Below are positions 18,798-48,058 of a stretch of 64,000 nucleotides of DNA, piece by piece. A program made the position numbers and the translations under genes. The stretch is from Chrysomallon squamiferum (taxonomy: Eukaryota > Animalia > Mollusca). The notes under the pieces are model-generated. The model ran no database searches. It was not told the origin of the DNA and was given only the letters and a program-made list of their open reading frames with translations. Every line of letters begins with the position of its first letter. Within the stretch, counting starts at the first letter, position 1. The stretch lies in assembly GCA_012295275.1 (NCBI GenBank), contig CM022677.1, forward strand, positions 19,778,001 to 19,842,000, in the 5' to 3' direction.

Positions 18798-19053
18798 AAA
18801 TTCAAAATATACAATATTTTGTGGAAATTTTGTTTTGTTTTTTATCATTGTGTGTGTGTGTGTCTCCGTATCACTATCTCACTCAGTCAGTCTGTCTCTG
18901 TTTCTTTTCAGTTTTAATTCTAAAAAAAAAATATTTGATTGTCACATATATAATATGTCTGTGTGTGTTTATATATCTGTGTGTGTGTGTGTGTGTGTGT
19001 TTTGTGTTTATGTAATCATATAAATATAGATATAGATACAATGGGTTACTATA

Positions 19054-19335
19054 AGAAAAGGTTTTACTTATGAATATCATAACGAAAGGAGATTCCCAAA
19101 ACGGTCACGGAAGAATATTTCTGAGGAGTCAGTGGAGTATGAGTTCAAGGAGCAAAGCCATGTTATTCAGGCACAAAACCTGAAAGATGTTTTCTGCTGC
19201 TGGAGTAAAATTTCCAACATTGTTAAGCAATATCATCCTGATGTTGGTACTGTAGAAACGGGACAAAGTGATGGCCTAATTCTGGAAGGTCCGGCAATCC
19301 GGGTTGAAGCAGTCAATCCTGGATTCGTTTTATAA
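19054..19335 (+). mobile_element. Probable Tigger/pogo transposase C-terminal remnant downstream of copy C
   Basis: Open frame includes QNLKDVFCCWSKISNIVKQYHPDVGTVE, resembling from memory the K-x-I-x-x-x-W-x-x-x-x-x-x-V-x-K-Y-H-P-D tail of Tigger transposases; paralogous copy at 28500-28790(-). Confidence 0.5.
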
Positions 19336-19388
19336 AAATACCTGCTACAGGTAGTTTGTCTATAATCACTAAAGTGGGCTACGAATGA

Positions 19389-19700
19389 AGACTCCTCTCC
19401 TTCCATCTCTTCTCGGCAGTTAGATCTCCCCATTCCTCTGACTCCTCTCCTTCCATCTCTTCTCGATAGTTAGATCTCCCCATTCCTCTGACTCCTCTCC
19501 TTCCATCTCTTCTCGGTAGTTAGATCTCCCCATTCCTCTGACTCCTCTCCTTCCATCTCTTCTCGGTAGTTAGATCTCCCCATTCCTCTGACTCCTCTCC
19601 TTCCATCTCTTCTCGGCAGTTAGATCTCCCCATTCCTCTGACTCCTCTCCTTCCATCTCTTCTCGGTAGTTAGATCTCCCCATTCCTCTGCCTCCTCTCC
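19389..19700. repeat. 50-bp tandem repeat (gactcctctccttccatctcttctcggtagttagatctccccattcctct) x6
   Basis: Clean 50-bp period; inverted 2-3-copy version at 28295-28442. Confidence 0.95.
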
Positions 19701-20099
19701 TGCAAGCTCAGAAACAGCGAGATAAAATAAATTATTAATGACGTTCTTCATTTCACGAGTTTAAGTGTACATTTATACACTTATTTTGCTATTTATACTG
19801 TATAATCTCGTTTTCTAGAGGATGTATTTCGGGGCCAGGAACGGATCATCTCTTATAAGATATATTTCAACAAACCACATAACAAACGAGGCTCTAGAAT
19901 CATTTAGATTCGTTATAGGATACAAAACTAGATATACACATAGATAGCTGACTATATATAGCCTGCCACGGCTATTTATGTATGTTGTCTGTAGTAATGT
20001 GATAGACGTGAATAAAGACTGTAAACATGTTCAAAAGAAAATGTCTGTCCTTTTTCTTTTTACCTCTGATGAGAGGACAACTTCAAAGAATGAACACAT

Positions 20100-20895
20100 T
20101 TCCTAGGACACGCTGGATTCCCTAGAAGACATGTACCACTGGTGTCCCTAGAAGACACATACCATTGGTGTCCCAAGAAGACAGGTACGACTGGTATCCC
20201 TAGAAGACACGTACCATTGGTGTCCCTAGAAGACAGGTACGACAGGTGTCCCTAGAAGACACGTGTCACTGCTGTCCCTAGAAGACAGTACCACTAATGT
20301 CCCTAAAGACACATAAAAGAAGAAGGTACGACTGGTGTCCCTAGAAGACACGTACCATTGGTGTCCCTAGAAGACAGGTACCACTAATGTCCCTAGAAGA
20401 CACGTACCACTGGTGTCCCTAGAAGACACGTACCACTAATGTCCCTAGAAGACACATACCACTGGTGTCCCAAGAAGACAGGTACGACTGGTGTCCCTAG
20501 AAGACACGTACCATTGGTGTCCCTAGAAGACAGGTACGACTGGTGTCCCTAGAAGACACGTACCACTGGTGTCCCTAGAAGACAACAACCACTGGTGTCC
20601 CTAAAGAACAGGTACCAAGAAGAACAACTGGTGTCCCTAGAAGACACGTATCACTTGTGTCCCTAGAAGACAAGTACCACAGGTGTCCCTAGAAGACAGG
20701 TACGACTGGTATCCCTAGAAGACACGTATCACTGGTGTCCCTAGAAGACACGTACCATTGGTGTCCCTAGAAGACAGGTAGACTGGTGTCCCTAGAAGAC
20801 ACGTATCACTGGTGTCCCTAGAAGACACGTATCACTGGTGTCCCTAGAAGACACGTATCACTGGTGTCCCTAGAAGACACGTATCACTGGTTCCC
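20100..20895. repeat. 26-bp minisatellite (actggtgtccctagaagacacgtacc)
   Basis: About 28 copies; same family in reverse orientation at 13810-13890, 27481-27525 and, as a 25-bp variant, 33837-35070. Confidence 0.9.
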
Positions 20896-21017
20896 TCAGG
20901 TGTTTATTAAAGAAACCAGTTTGAACCTAATGTGCCATGAGCAGTTTGAAAAGAAAATTAATAATTTAAATGTTCGGACTCGAAAACTGGCAACTGTGAG
21001 TCACGAAGAAGAAGAAG

Positions 21018-21049
<32 letters not shown>

Positions 21050-21727
21050 AACAAGAAAAAAGAACAAGGCCCAACAAGAAGAAAACAGTATATTTAAGGA
21101 CGAATATGTTGGTGATCTTTTTGACAGAAACCAAAACACCAAGAGTTTGAAACTCCACATGTAATTTTAGAATTTAACGATGCTGCAAACACGACACCAC
21201 CCCTAACAGATCAGATTATTTCCACGTTTATTCGTTTTATTTATTGTGTACACACACACACACACACACGCACACACATGTTGGTGTAGTTACTGATGCC
21301 ATCACTGCACATGATGTTAGACGTTACGTGGATCTCAGTGTTCTGCTGTTGTCATCATTGTACATTAATTTTAGAAGTAACGTCGATACTGCCTGCTTTC
21401 ATTGTACATTAATTTTAGATATTATGTTGCTGTTGTTACTGTTGCCATCATTGAACATTAATATTAGACGTTACGTTGATGCTGATGTAAATGCTGCCAC
21501 TTTCGTTTTTCACGATTTTTGGTTGTTTTCCGATGTGACGTTGATGTTGATGTAGTTACAGATGCCAACACTGATAGGGATAGGCTTTGAGACATAGATG
21601 CAGGTAGACGCACCGACAGAGAGTATTATATGCATGCAGAATTCACAGATAAATAGATATATACATAGGTTAACTCACAAAAACACGGGTACCCTGATAC
21701 ATGATAGGGTTACATAGTTACTGATCA

Positions 21728-21823
<96 letters not shown>

Positions 21824-22613
21824 GGGAAGGTGGTAACATCACATATTTGTACTATATTTTATCGATTTTAATGACTCCCTCTATGTATGTATGTATGTAT
21901 GTATGTATGAATGCACAATAATTATATAACGACACACACATACAACACATATATAAATATATTCATACATGCATATATGCGTACATAATTCATACATATC
22001 TATGTAAATATGAAATAAAAAATAGAGACACATTAACTGATATATACAAATGACTGAGCTATTTGAATATTCGCAGTTTTATGTTCCAAAGTTAAAACTG
22101 TAAACGATGTTGCTATAAATTTCCATATCTCAAATGGCTTGTGATTTTAATTTAGAAGCATTGAAAATATAGTTGCGTGCGTGTGTGTGTGTGTGTGTGT
22201 AGCCAGCTAGCCATCTGTCTAGCTGGGTATCCTATAACGAATCTAAATGATTCCAGAGCCTCGTTTGTTACAGGGTTCGTTGAAATATATCTTATAAGAG
22301 ATGATCCGTTCCTGTTATGGGGTTCTGATATTCATAAGTAGAACCTTCTGTTATATGAATAGTCGTATAATTTGTCCGTTATAGTAACCCACTGTATCTA
22401 TATCTATATTTATATTTATATTTATATATAGACAAACACACACACACATATGCACATACAAATACACACATGTAATCATGTGACCATCAAATATTTGTTT
22501 TAGAATTAAAACTAAAAAGAAACAGAGACAGACTGAGTGATATAGTGATACGGACACACACAATGATAAAAAACAAAACACAATTTCCACAAAATATTCT
22601 ATATTTTGAATTT

Positions 22614-22756
22614 CTATGACAAAAGAATTTCAAATTTTCTTACATAGAAATCTTTAGTGACCTCAAAAACGTTGAGAGTCTCATTAGAAATCTGATTTTC
22701 CATCTTCATCAACAGCATATCTTACATAGCACCTGTCCACACAGATATACACACAT

Positions 22757-22806
<50 letters not shown>

Positions 22807-23218
22807 AATATACATACACGGAGATACAGAAATACATAGATAGATCGATAGACAGATATAGATGTGGATAGATATATGGATAAATATATAAATACATATA
22901 AAGATACACACAGATAAAGACACATACATAGATAGATCGATAGACATATATATATATATATGAATTATGGATAATATATGGAATCTTTATATGTACTAGA
23001 AAGACAGATACAAACACAATACACACACACACACACAGATATGAATTATCGTAAATATGACAGACAAACATACATACAGATATATTTCTATATAGATAAA
23101 TTTATTTTAATATAAATATATATGAACAAAAATATAGATAGATACACAGGTATATATATGTGTGTGTGTGTGTGTGTGTATATATCTATAGAATATTTTG
23201 TGTATCTAGATATATATG

Positions 23219-23250
<32 letters not shown>

Positions 23251-25674
23251 TAGATGGAGAGATACGTAAGCAGATTAGCAGAATATTCATGGAGAGAGAG
23301 ATCAGGACAACTAGACTATTCTAAAGAGAAAATGTCTTACACTTATATAATCAGGCTTGAAGGAGAACTTGAAAATGTTTGACTCTTTAAGTTTAAAAGG
23401 AAGTGTAAACACCATAAAATCATGTTCTTCGATCGTATAAACATCTCTAAATACACGATAATTCATATCATAGTTCTGTCCATGTTCATTCTTGTCTATT
23501 TCCATCTGAAACCCCGCATTCGTAGTACTTCTGAACGTTATCTTTGCTCTGTGAACAACAATAATAATAATAACAAAATCAACAACAAATATAACAACCA
23601 TTATACCAACAGCAACAGCAACAAGAACAACACTGTTAATAATAATACAACAAATACTACTACAACTACTACTACAGCAACTACTACTGGTACTACTACT
23701 AATACTGCTACTACAACTACTACTACTAATAATAATAAAAGTAATAATAGTTATTATTTTAAGAAGGAGAAGAACAACAACAACAAAAACAACAATAATA
23801 CAAAACAATAAATGCAAAACAATAACAACAACAACAAGACGCATAAAGAACATATAAAAACAACTTACCCTCTGGTTGTATACTGTATCAATTCAACAAG
23901 AAATTGCGTTGAATAGGCTGGTTTTCCTGCTAAACCAATTTCGACAGGTCCGACCTCAAATAATAGCAAAGACGATGATGATAGTAGCAGGAATAGCACT
24001 ACTAATTACATTACTTCTACAACTACTATTACTACTATTACTACTAACGTTAATAATAATATTATTATTATTATTATAACCCAAATAATTACATATTTGA
24101 AAATTAACAATATTTAATGCGAAAAACGGTATACCGGATAAAGTCACAAGAAATCGAAATATAGTTTAATATAATAATTTGTTTAATGGCAAAATTATAT
24201 TCATATTTAAAAAGTTGTGTTTCTTATGAAGAACTCTAAGTCAGAGAGTATGTCTTCCACGTCAAAATTCATCACGTTATTTTAAATTTACTTTTTAATT
24301 ATATTTGTTCAGACATTCTTCACAGTTCTGTAACTATACAGTTTATAAGAATAAAGTCATTGTCACTGACTTTGTCATTATAATAATAAAGTCGTGAGCA
24401 TTATACTTAACAATAAGTACAATATCAACAACAAACAAAACGTAATGAGCAGACATCTACAACTTTAGTAACAACAACATGATCATCTCAGAGATATGTG
24501 CCAAATTAATTTTCCACGATAGAAGCATTAACAACAACAGCATCAACATTCCGTTTAAAGTCAGCGAGCCATCATAGCAGCAGCAGCGCCAATATCAACC
24601 TAACGTATGAAATTAGTGTACAGTTTTGACATCAACAACAACAGCAACATCAACGTAACGTCTAAAATGAATGCAGTATGATAGCAGCTGTAGCAACACC
24701 AACACCAACGTAACGTCTAAAGTGACAGCAACATTGACAACACCAACATCATGGTAACTTCTAAAGTGACAGCAACATTGACAACACCGACATCGTCGTA
24801 ACGTCTAAAGTGACAGCAACATTGACAACACCAACATCGTCGTAACTTCTAAAGTGACAGCAAAACTGACAACACCAACATCAACGTAACGTCTAAAATT
24901 AGTGTACAGTTTTGCCATCAATAACAGCACCAACATCAATGTAACGTCTAAAGTGACAGCAACATTGACAACACCGACATCATCGTAACTTCTAAAGTGA
25001 CAGCAACATTGACAACACCAACATCAACGTAACGTCTAAAGTGACAGCAACATTGACAACACCAACATCATCGTAACTTCTAAAGTGACAGCAACATTCA
25101 CAACACCACCATCATCGTAACGTCTAAAGTGACAGCAACATTCACAACACCAACATCATCGTAACGTCTAAAGTGACAGCAACATTGACAACACCAACAT
25201 CATCGTAACGTCTAAAGTGACAGCAACATTGACAACACCAACATCATCGTAACGTCTAAAGTGACAGCAACATTCACAACACCACCATCGTCGTAACGTA
25301 CCAGGTTGTTCCACCGCACACGCTCGCAGTGTCCGAACTGGAGTTTCTGTCCGAACAGCGTCAGGCACGTTGTCCACGCCATTCTCTCGTACTCGTCACA
25401 CTGGAGTTTAGCTTTGCCGTCTTTATACCAAACTTCCAGAATTACACCGCGTTCCGTACGACGTTTTCACAGTCTACAAGAAAAGAATACCTACCAGCTT
25501 CATTCATTATTTCATTTCATTTCATACAGAAATAATTATAATAACAAGCGTAATACTATTGGTTATGGTGACAGTCAAAGCACTAAAGCCAATAGTAGAA
25601 ATACTATCAATTCTATCTATAAGAACAAAGACAACAATGAGAATAACCACAGCAACAACATCACAAACAGCTGA

Positions 25675-25751
<77 letters not shown>

Positions 25752-25891
25752 TAATAATACTAATGACAAGAACAATAATATTATTAATAATAATGACAAT
25801 AATAATAATAAAGTAGTAATAACAATAACAATAATAGTAATAAAAATGATAATAATAATAATAAGAGTAATAATAATAATAATAACAAAAA

Positions 25892-25923
<32 letters not shown>

Positions 25924-26564
25924 GTAATAATAATAATAATAATAATACTTGCCTTGAGTTCCGTTAACAGTGAAGGAGAATAGCAATATTATAAAAGGAA
26001 GGAACTGACAGTAGAATATCTGTAAGAACAATTGTGACGATAACGTTGACAGTGAGGTAGTTTGTTAACGACGACGTCGCAAAAAATTAGTCAAAAGTAA
26101 GAAAAATAGAAATAACAGCACCGATGACAACACTGATATTTATCTTCACAGGCTAGTAGAAGTTAATGCAACAACAGTGACAAAATTAATACTAAAAAGA
26201 AAAAAGTAAAGGTACTAATAGTAATAGCAGTATTAACAAAGGTAATAATAACTGCATTAGTGATAGCAATACTAGAGTAGTAGTAGTTGTAGTAGTATTA
26301 GTAGTAGTAGTAGTTGTAGTAGTATTAGTAGTAGTAGTAGTAGTAGTAATGGTAGTAGTAATAAAATAAATGATGGAAAAAGTCAGAGATATTTTTGTAA
26401 CTGTAGTATTAGTATTAGTAGTAGCAGTAGTAGTAGTAGTAGCAGTAGTAGTAGTAGTAGCAGTAGTAGTAGACGTCGTAATATCAGCTGCAACAGAAAG
26501 AATGGTACACAAAGGAATTTCTAGCGAACGGTGAATAAATATTCATACTATTTTTTACCTTCAT
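22614..26564 (-). pseudogene. Secreted Cys-module + galectin-like family, copy D (exons 26564-26559, 26019-25953, 25473-25302, 23954-23869, 23548-23341, 22732-22614) with two 1-bp deletions
   Basis: Exon 3 is 172 nt (A4 where copy E has A5) and exon 6 is 119 nt (AAGAT versus AAGGAT). With both restored it gives a full-length paralog. Could be homopolymer sequencing errors. Confidence 0.65.
24590..25300. repeat. 42-bp tandem repeat (acgtctaaagtgacagcaacattgacaacaccaacatcatcgta) in intron 3 of copy D
   Basis: About 12 near-perfect copies plus degenerate flanking units. Confidence 0.9.
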
Positions 26565-26704
26565 AGCTGATTTACTTTAGGTGTTGAGGGGATGGGTGAC
26601 TGCTGTATTTTGAAATCCACGTATAAAAAATAAACACGAGAATTTTTTACAAAAATGAAAACAGAAAGAGGTAAAAAAAAAATACATAAAAAAATAAATA
26701 AACA

Positions 26705-26753
<49 letters not shown>

Positions 26754-26886
26754 GAATAAACATTAATAATAAAAAGTAAATAAAAGGTAAAGTGATGTCT
26801 GATTTCCGAGGATGAAACCCAAAAAATAATATGATCTGTCAAACAACAGCTGCATATATATATATCTATATCTATATCTATATCTA

Positions 26887-26979
<93 letters not shown>

Positions 26980-28499
26980 AACGAATAAACGTTAAAATAA
27001 TCTGATCTGTTAAACAACGCTTGCAGCAAGTCAAATTCTAAAATTACGTGCAATGTTGGCATCAGTAACTACACCAACATCAACGTAAACAACAACTAAA
27101 CGAAGGGTGGATCTACGTGAGGTGTTAGGGGTGGTGTCGTGACTGTAGCATCGAGAAGAAGTACATGTGGAGTTTCAAACTCTTGGTGTTTTGGTTTAAT
27201 AAACACTGAAACTGACTTCGTAGCTGTCAAAGATCACCCGCTATATTCGTCCTTGTATATACTGTTTTCTTCTTGTTGTTTTTTCTTTCCTGTCTTTCGC
27301 CTTGTTCTTTTTTTATTGTTTTGTTGCTGTTGTTGTTGTTGTTGTTCTTCTTCTTGCTGTCACAGTTGCAAGTTTTTGAGTATGAACATTTAAATAATTT
27401 TAATCTTTTTTGTTTTTGTTTATAGTTATTGTTCATGTCTATACATAAGCCTTCATATTGGTTTAATCTATATAAAATACCTGTCTCCTAGGTACACCAG
27501 TGGTACGTGTCTTCCAGGGACAGCAGCGTGGTCTAGGAAAAGTGTTCATACATCGAAGGGGTCGTCTCATCAGAGGTAAACAAAAATTAGAGATTATTTC
27601 TTTTGAACATGTTTACAATCTTTATTCACATCCATCACGTTACTCTACACTAGAGACATGAATAGCTGAGGCAGGAACATCACCATAGCACGAGCATCAG
27701 GCTTTCTCGATTTTAATAACTCCCTCTATGTATGTATTTATGAATGCACAATAACTATATAACGACACACACATACAACACATATTTAAATATATTCATA
27801 CATACATATATGCGTACATAATTCATACATATCTATGTAAATATGAAATAGAAATCAGAGACATAGAGACACATTAACTGATATATATACACATGACTGA
27901 GCTATTTGAATATTCACAGTTTTATGTTTCAAAGTTGAAACTGTATACGATGTTGCTATAAATGTCCCAATCTCAAATGGCTTGTGATTTTAATTTAGAT
28001 GCATTGATTATATAGTTGGGCGTGTATATGTAGATATATATATAGCCAGCTATCCATCTGTCTAGCTGGGTATCTTATAACGAATCTGAATGCTTCCAAA
28101 GTCTCGTTTGTTATAGGGTTCGTTGAAATATATCTTATAAGAGATGATCCGTTCCTGACCCCGAAATGCATCCTCTAGAAAATGAGATACACAGTATAAA
28201 TAGCAAAATAAGTGTATAAATGTACATTTAAACTCGTGAAATGAAGAACGTCATTAATAATTCATTTTATCTCGCTGTTTCTAAGCTTGCAGGAAAGGAG
28301 TCAGAGGAATGGGGAGATCTAACTACCGAGAGGAATGGGGAGAGGGAAATGGGGAGATCTAACTACCGAGAAGAGATGGAAGGAGAGGAGTCAGAGGAAT
28401 GGGGAGATCTAACTGCCGAGAAGAGATGGAAGGAGAGGAGTCTTCATTCCTAGCCCACTTTAGTGATTATAGACAAACTCCCTGTAGCAGGTATTTTAA

Positions 28500-28790
28500 A
28501 AAACAGGAATCCAGGGTTCACTGCTTCAACCCAGATTTCTGGACCTTCAAAAATTGGGCCATCTCTGTGTCATTTTAAAATATTAACGCCCGTTTCTACA
28601 GAACCAACATCAGGATGATATTGCTTAACAACTTTAGAAAGTTTACTCCAGCACCAGAAAACATCTTTCAGGTTTTGGGCTGGAATAACATGGCTTTGCT
28701 CCTTGACCTCATACTGCCCTGTCTCCTCAGAAATATTCTTCCGTGACCGTTTTGGGTACCTTCGTTCATTATTCATAGTAAAAACCTTTT
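28500..28790 (-). mobile_element. Probable Tigger/pogo transposase C-terminal remnant downstream of copy E
   Basis: ORF 28570..28776 with QNLKDVFWCWSKLSKVVKQYHPDVGSVE; paralog of 19054-19335. Confidence 0.5.
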
Positions 28791-29035
28791 GTTATATGAA
28801 TAGTCGTAGTATAATCTATTCGTTATAGTAACCCACTGTATTTCTATTTATATTTATATGTATACATAAACACACAAACACACATACACATACACACATG
28901 TGACCATCAAATATTTTTTTTAGAATTAAAACTAAAAAGAAACAGAGACAGACTGAGTGATATAGTGAAACGGACACACACACAATGATAAAAAACAAAA
29001 CACAATTTCCACAAAATATTCTATATTTTGAATTT

Positions 29036-33442
<4,407 letters not shown>

Positions 33443-33836
33443 AGCTGATTTACTTTTGAGTGTTGAGCATATAGGTGACTGCTGTATTCTGAAATAAAAA
33501 ACGTATAAAAAATAAACACAACAATTATTTACAAAAATGAAAACAGAAAGAGATAAAAAAAAAAAAAAATAAAAAAGTTTTTATACAGTTTTTTAAAAAA
33601 ATAATAAATAAATAAAACGTTTTTTTATAAAATAATAAAAAAATAGATAAATATATATATATATATATATACACATGTACATGTATATATGTAATCAATT
33701 ATCAATAAAATAATCTGATCTGTTAAACAACAGCTGCAGCAAGTTAATTTCTACAGTTATCTGCAGTGATGTCATCAGTAACTACACCAACATCAAAGTA
33801 AAAAACAACAAAACGAGGGGCAGCTCTGCATGCGTT

Positions 33837-35070
33837 TTAGGGACACAGTGGTGCGTGTCTTCTAGGGACACAGTGGTGCGTGTCTTCTAGGGACACAGTG
33901 GTGCGTGTCTTCTAGGGACACAGTGGTGCATGTCTTCTAGGGACACAGTGGTGCATGTCTTCTAGGGACACAGTGCATGTCTTCTAGAGACACAGTGGTG
34001 CATGTCTTCTAGGGACACAGTGGTGCATGTCTTCTAGGGACACAGTGGTGCATGTCTTCTAGGGACACAGTGGTGCATGTCTTCTAGGGACACAGTGGTG
34101 CATGTCTTCTAGGACACAGTGGTGCATGTCTTCTAGGGACACAGTGGTACATGTCTTCTAGGAACACAGTGGTGCATGTCTTCTAGGGACACAGTGGTGC
34201 ATGTCTTCTAGGGACACAGTGGTGCATGTCTTCTAGGGACACAGTGGTACGTGTCTTCTAGGGACACAGTGGTGCATGTCTTCTAGGGACACAATGGTGC
34301 ATTCTTCTAAGGTGTCCATGTCTTCAGGGACACAGGGTACAAAAATTACAGGACATTTTCTTTTAGGGACACAGTGGTGCAATCTTTATTCACAGTCCAT
34401 CACGTCAGTACAGACAGTGGTGCGTGTCTTCTAACACAGTGGTGGACATCTTCTAGGACACAGTGGTGCATGGCTTTCTCGTAAGATACAGTGGTGCGTG
34501 TCTTCCTTGTTCAGTGATGCATGTCTAAACGAAACAAATTGGTGCAAGTCATAAAACATGACAAGGATAAGGTTTTGTTTATATTTTAAAAACACAGGGT
34601 GCAACATCTTTCGAGGACAAGCATAAATATGCATGGGATGATGCTGAATGTTTGAGTTATCAAAACACAGTGGTGCCAAATGACGTTTTAGTTGGTAATG
34701 CAGGATCAGTGGTGCGTGTCGTCTAGGGACTGAAAAAGAACCCTGGGACACAATGGTGCATGTATTTCTAAAAATAACAGGTTGTAACGGAGACACAGTG
34801 GTCTCCTCATTAACACACAGTGGTGCCCTTCTAGGAACACAGTGGTGCGTGTCTTCTAGGGACAACAGTGGTCCTGTTTCTAGGGACACAGTGGTAGATG
34901 TTAGCTTTCCGTGAAAATGATATAAAGTCTTCTGGGACACAGTGAAATGTTGTTATTTGGAAACCATTGGTGTGTGGGTTCTAGGGACACAGTTCCAACC
35001 GGTCTCTAGAACTACAGTGGTGCGTGTCTTCTAGGACACAGTGGTGCGTGTCTTCTAGGGACACAGTGGT
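33837..35070. repeat. 25-bp minisatellite (tctagggacacagtggtgcatgtct), regular to ~34300 then interleaved with unique sequence
   Basis: About 18 clean copies followed by scrambled partial units. Confidence 0.9.
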
Positions 35071-36108
35071 ACATAAAACATGACAAGGATAAGGTTTTGT
35101 TTATATTTTAAAAACCAGGCTGCAACATCACATTTTGGTTAGAGAGATCAGTTTTACACCGTACAAGACAGACTAACTGGGTGTACAGATCCAGCTGACT
35201 TTGTTAACTATGAGTTTTTACCGTTCTGTTTAAGTAACTACAAGGTAGTTTAACGTGACATTTTAACAAATAGCTATATTTATATATACACACACAGATA
35301 GCTATATGTATTGAAGTATTATAACCATTAGCTGAATGATAGCTGGTAATCTGAGATGAGTCCGATCAAAGTAAACTGTAGTTATTATCTCTAAACCAGT
35401 ATAAACTGTAGTTATTATCTCTAAACCAGTATAAACTGTAGTTATTATCTTTAAACCAGTAGGTGAGAATGGCGGGGAATCATAGCACAACCTCAGTAAT
35501 TGTAATCATCGATAACACAGTAGTAGTAGTAGTATTAACTGACTGTCACGTCAACGTTATTTTGATACTCTTTGCATCTTCAAATATTTATTTTTGTAAT
35601 GCTATTTTACCTTGACGGATAAACATATTTAATATACCCCATATGTTCACTTATGTTGTGAGAGTAATTTTGTGGCGTATGACTGTTTGTAATCAAACCG
35701 TTGTAAGTACAGAAAGTTTACTCGGTAAATAACTATCATTATACATCATTATCAGTCCCTCTGTCTGAAAGGTGTTGAGATATTACTGGTTCAGAATGGA
35801 TGAAAGAATATTCTAATATTTACGAATTTAGAATTCAGTTTATTAACAATAATAACGATGATGATGATGATGATGATGACGATGACGAAGCATATCTAAA
35901 CATACTGCCATGTCTTTCACTCAGTTTCTGAGACCTTTAATGGAATGTCTGCGTGTGCGTTTGTGCGTACATACAGATATATAAGAAATGAACGTATTTC
36001 AACGTTACTAAATATGTAAATATTTCTCCGATACTATAATTGTTGCCTTCAATAATGATTTAATAAAAAAAAATAAAAAAAAAAATAAATAAAAATAATA
36101 ATAATTAA

Positions 36109-36152
<44 letters not shown>

Positions 36153-36153
36153 G

Positions 36154-36223
<70 letters not shown>

Positions 36224-37040
36224 TAAATACACAAACAGTTTCGCTCTGTAACTACGAACGTTAATTACTGGAAAGAAACATTATCATAGATTTACCAACA
36301 TATTTACGTTAAAAAAAAATTTAAAATAAATAAAACCAAAAACAATTAAAAAACATAAAAATTATATTACAATTTGTATATGTTCATAATTTATTTCAAT
36401 CGTGATCATTATAATATATAACATACAAATATATAAAAACCAAAAATATAATTTCATTATTTTGTTACAGAAAAGAAAAATGGTTGTACGAGTATTTTGT
36501 CGTTTTAACCTTTTATGGTTAAGTAGAATCTTAATTCTCGGGAAAAAAAAAAATTAAATAATCTAGAAATTTTTATTTTAAAAATTTATTTACCAAAACA
36601 TTTATACAATACAATTACAGAAATTATTCATGTGTATTGAAAATACACGTTTAACAACATTAAAATAGAAATGACAACTCATCTTGTATCTATTGTTCTG
36701 TTACACACACACACACTCCCTCTCACACATGCATATAAACCAAAACACACTTGGATGTACACACAAAACACTTTTTTTTTTTTTTTTTTTAAAAACATAC
36801 AAGAAGAATTAAAAGTGGAACAAAACAAAAAAAATAAAAATTAAAACAACAATGTTTTAACAGTAACATTGGATGTTTCTTCTTATTATTTCGTTTTAAA
36901 TTATTATTTGACCATGACACAAAGCAACATTTGGCCAGGTTCAAATAATGATTTGATTTGGCACCAGCGATTTGTCAGAATCTTCTGTCATGAGTTCAAG
37001 GCAGAGTACCTACAAAAATCAAATAATAATAATGATAATA

Positions 37041-37075
<35 letters not shown>

Positions 37076-38064
37076 AATAATAAAATAACAAATATAATAT
37101 AATATATAAACAAGTATATATATGTAAATGAACTATTAAAAATCTGACAACTATTTTATTTTTAAAAATTATATTTACCAAAACTTTTACTATTCAAACA
37201 GTTATAGAAAGTATCCATGATGAATAAATAAACAAAAAATTAAAATAAATGTAAAATATAGATAATGAAGAATACTACAGTTATTTTCAACTGTAAGTAG
37301 TTATTAAGTTAAATTTAGTTTATTAAGAGAAATAATGATAGTGGTTTCGGAGCATTTGTGTTAATAGTAGAAGTGGTAGAAATACAGATAAAAGTAGTAG
37401 TAGTAGTAGTAGTGATGGTGGTAGTAGCATCAGTAATAGTTGCAATAGTAGTAGGAATAGTTGTAACTGGCAGTAGTAGTGGGTGGTGATGGTAAAAGTA
37501 GTAACAGTTAGTGGTGGTGGTGGTGACTAGTAGTAGTAGTAGCAGTATATAAAGTAGTAGTATTAACAGAACTAATAACAACAACTGTATTGATAGTAGC
37601 AATAGCAGTAGCTGTAGAGGCTGAAGTATTACTCAAAGAGCAGCAGTAGTAGTGGTAGAAATTAAGTATAAACAGAGTGGTGATGTAATAGTAATTTAGT
37701 AGCAGATATTAACAGAAATAGCAGAAGTTCCAATGATGTTATTGGTGATGGATTAGTAGTAATAGATGTCATCATAAATAGTAGTAGAACAGTTCCAATG
37801 GAATTAATTGTATTAGTAGTAACTGTATCAGTAGTAATAACAACAATAACAGTAATAATAGTAGTAATATTAGTAAACAATAGTAACAGTAGTAATAATA
37901 ATAGTAATAGTGGTAATAATAGTAGCAATAGTAGTAATAGTAGTAGCAATAATAGTAATAATAGTAGCAATAATAGTAATATTAGTAGTAGTAGTAGTAA
38001 CAGAATATAATAACAGTAGCAACAATAGTAGTAATAGTTGTGATACCATCAAGATGTGAGACGT

Positions 38065-48058
<9,994 letters not shown>

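Noticed and set aside
20100-20895. CRISPR-like periodicity of ccctagaagaca cores
   Set aside because: Eukaryotic context; the intervening ~14 nt are variants of one sequence, not unique spacers; no cas genes. It is a 26-bp minisatellite.
34431-34940. 169-aa ORF on the minus strand
   Set aside because: Derived from the scrambled 25-bp satellite region; contains repeated satellite peptides (EDTHHC, HAPLC) and no domain signal.
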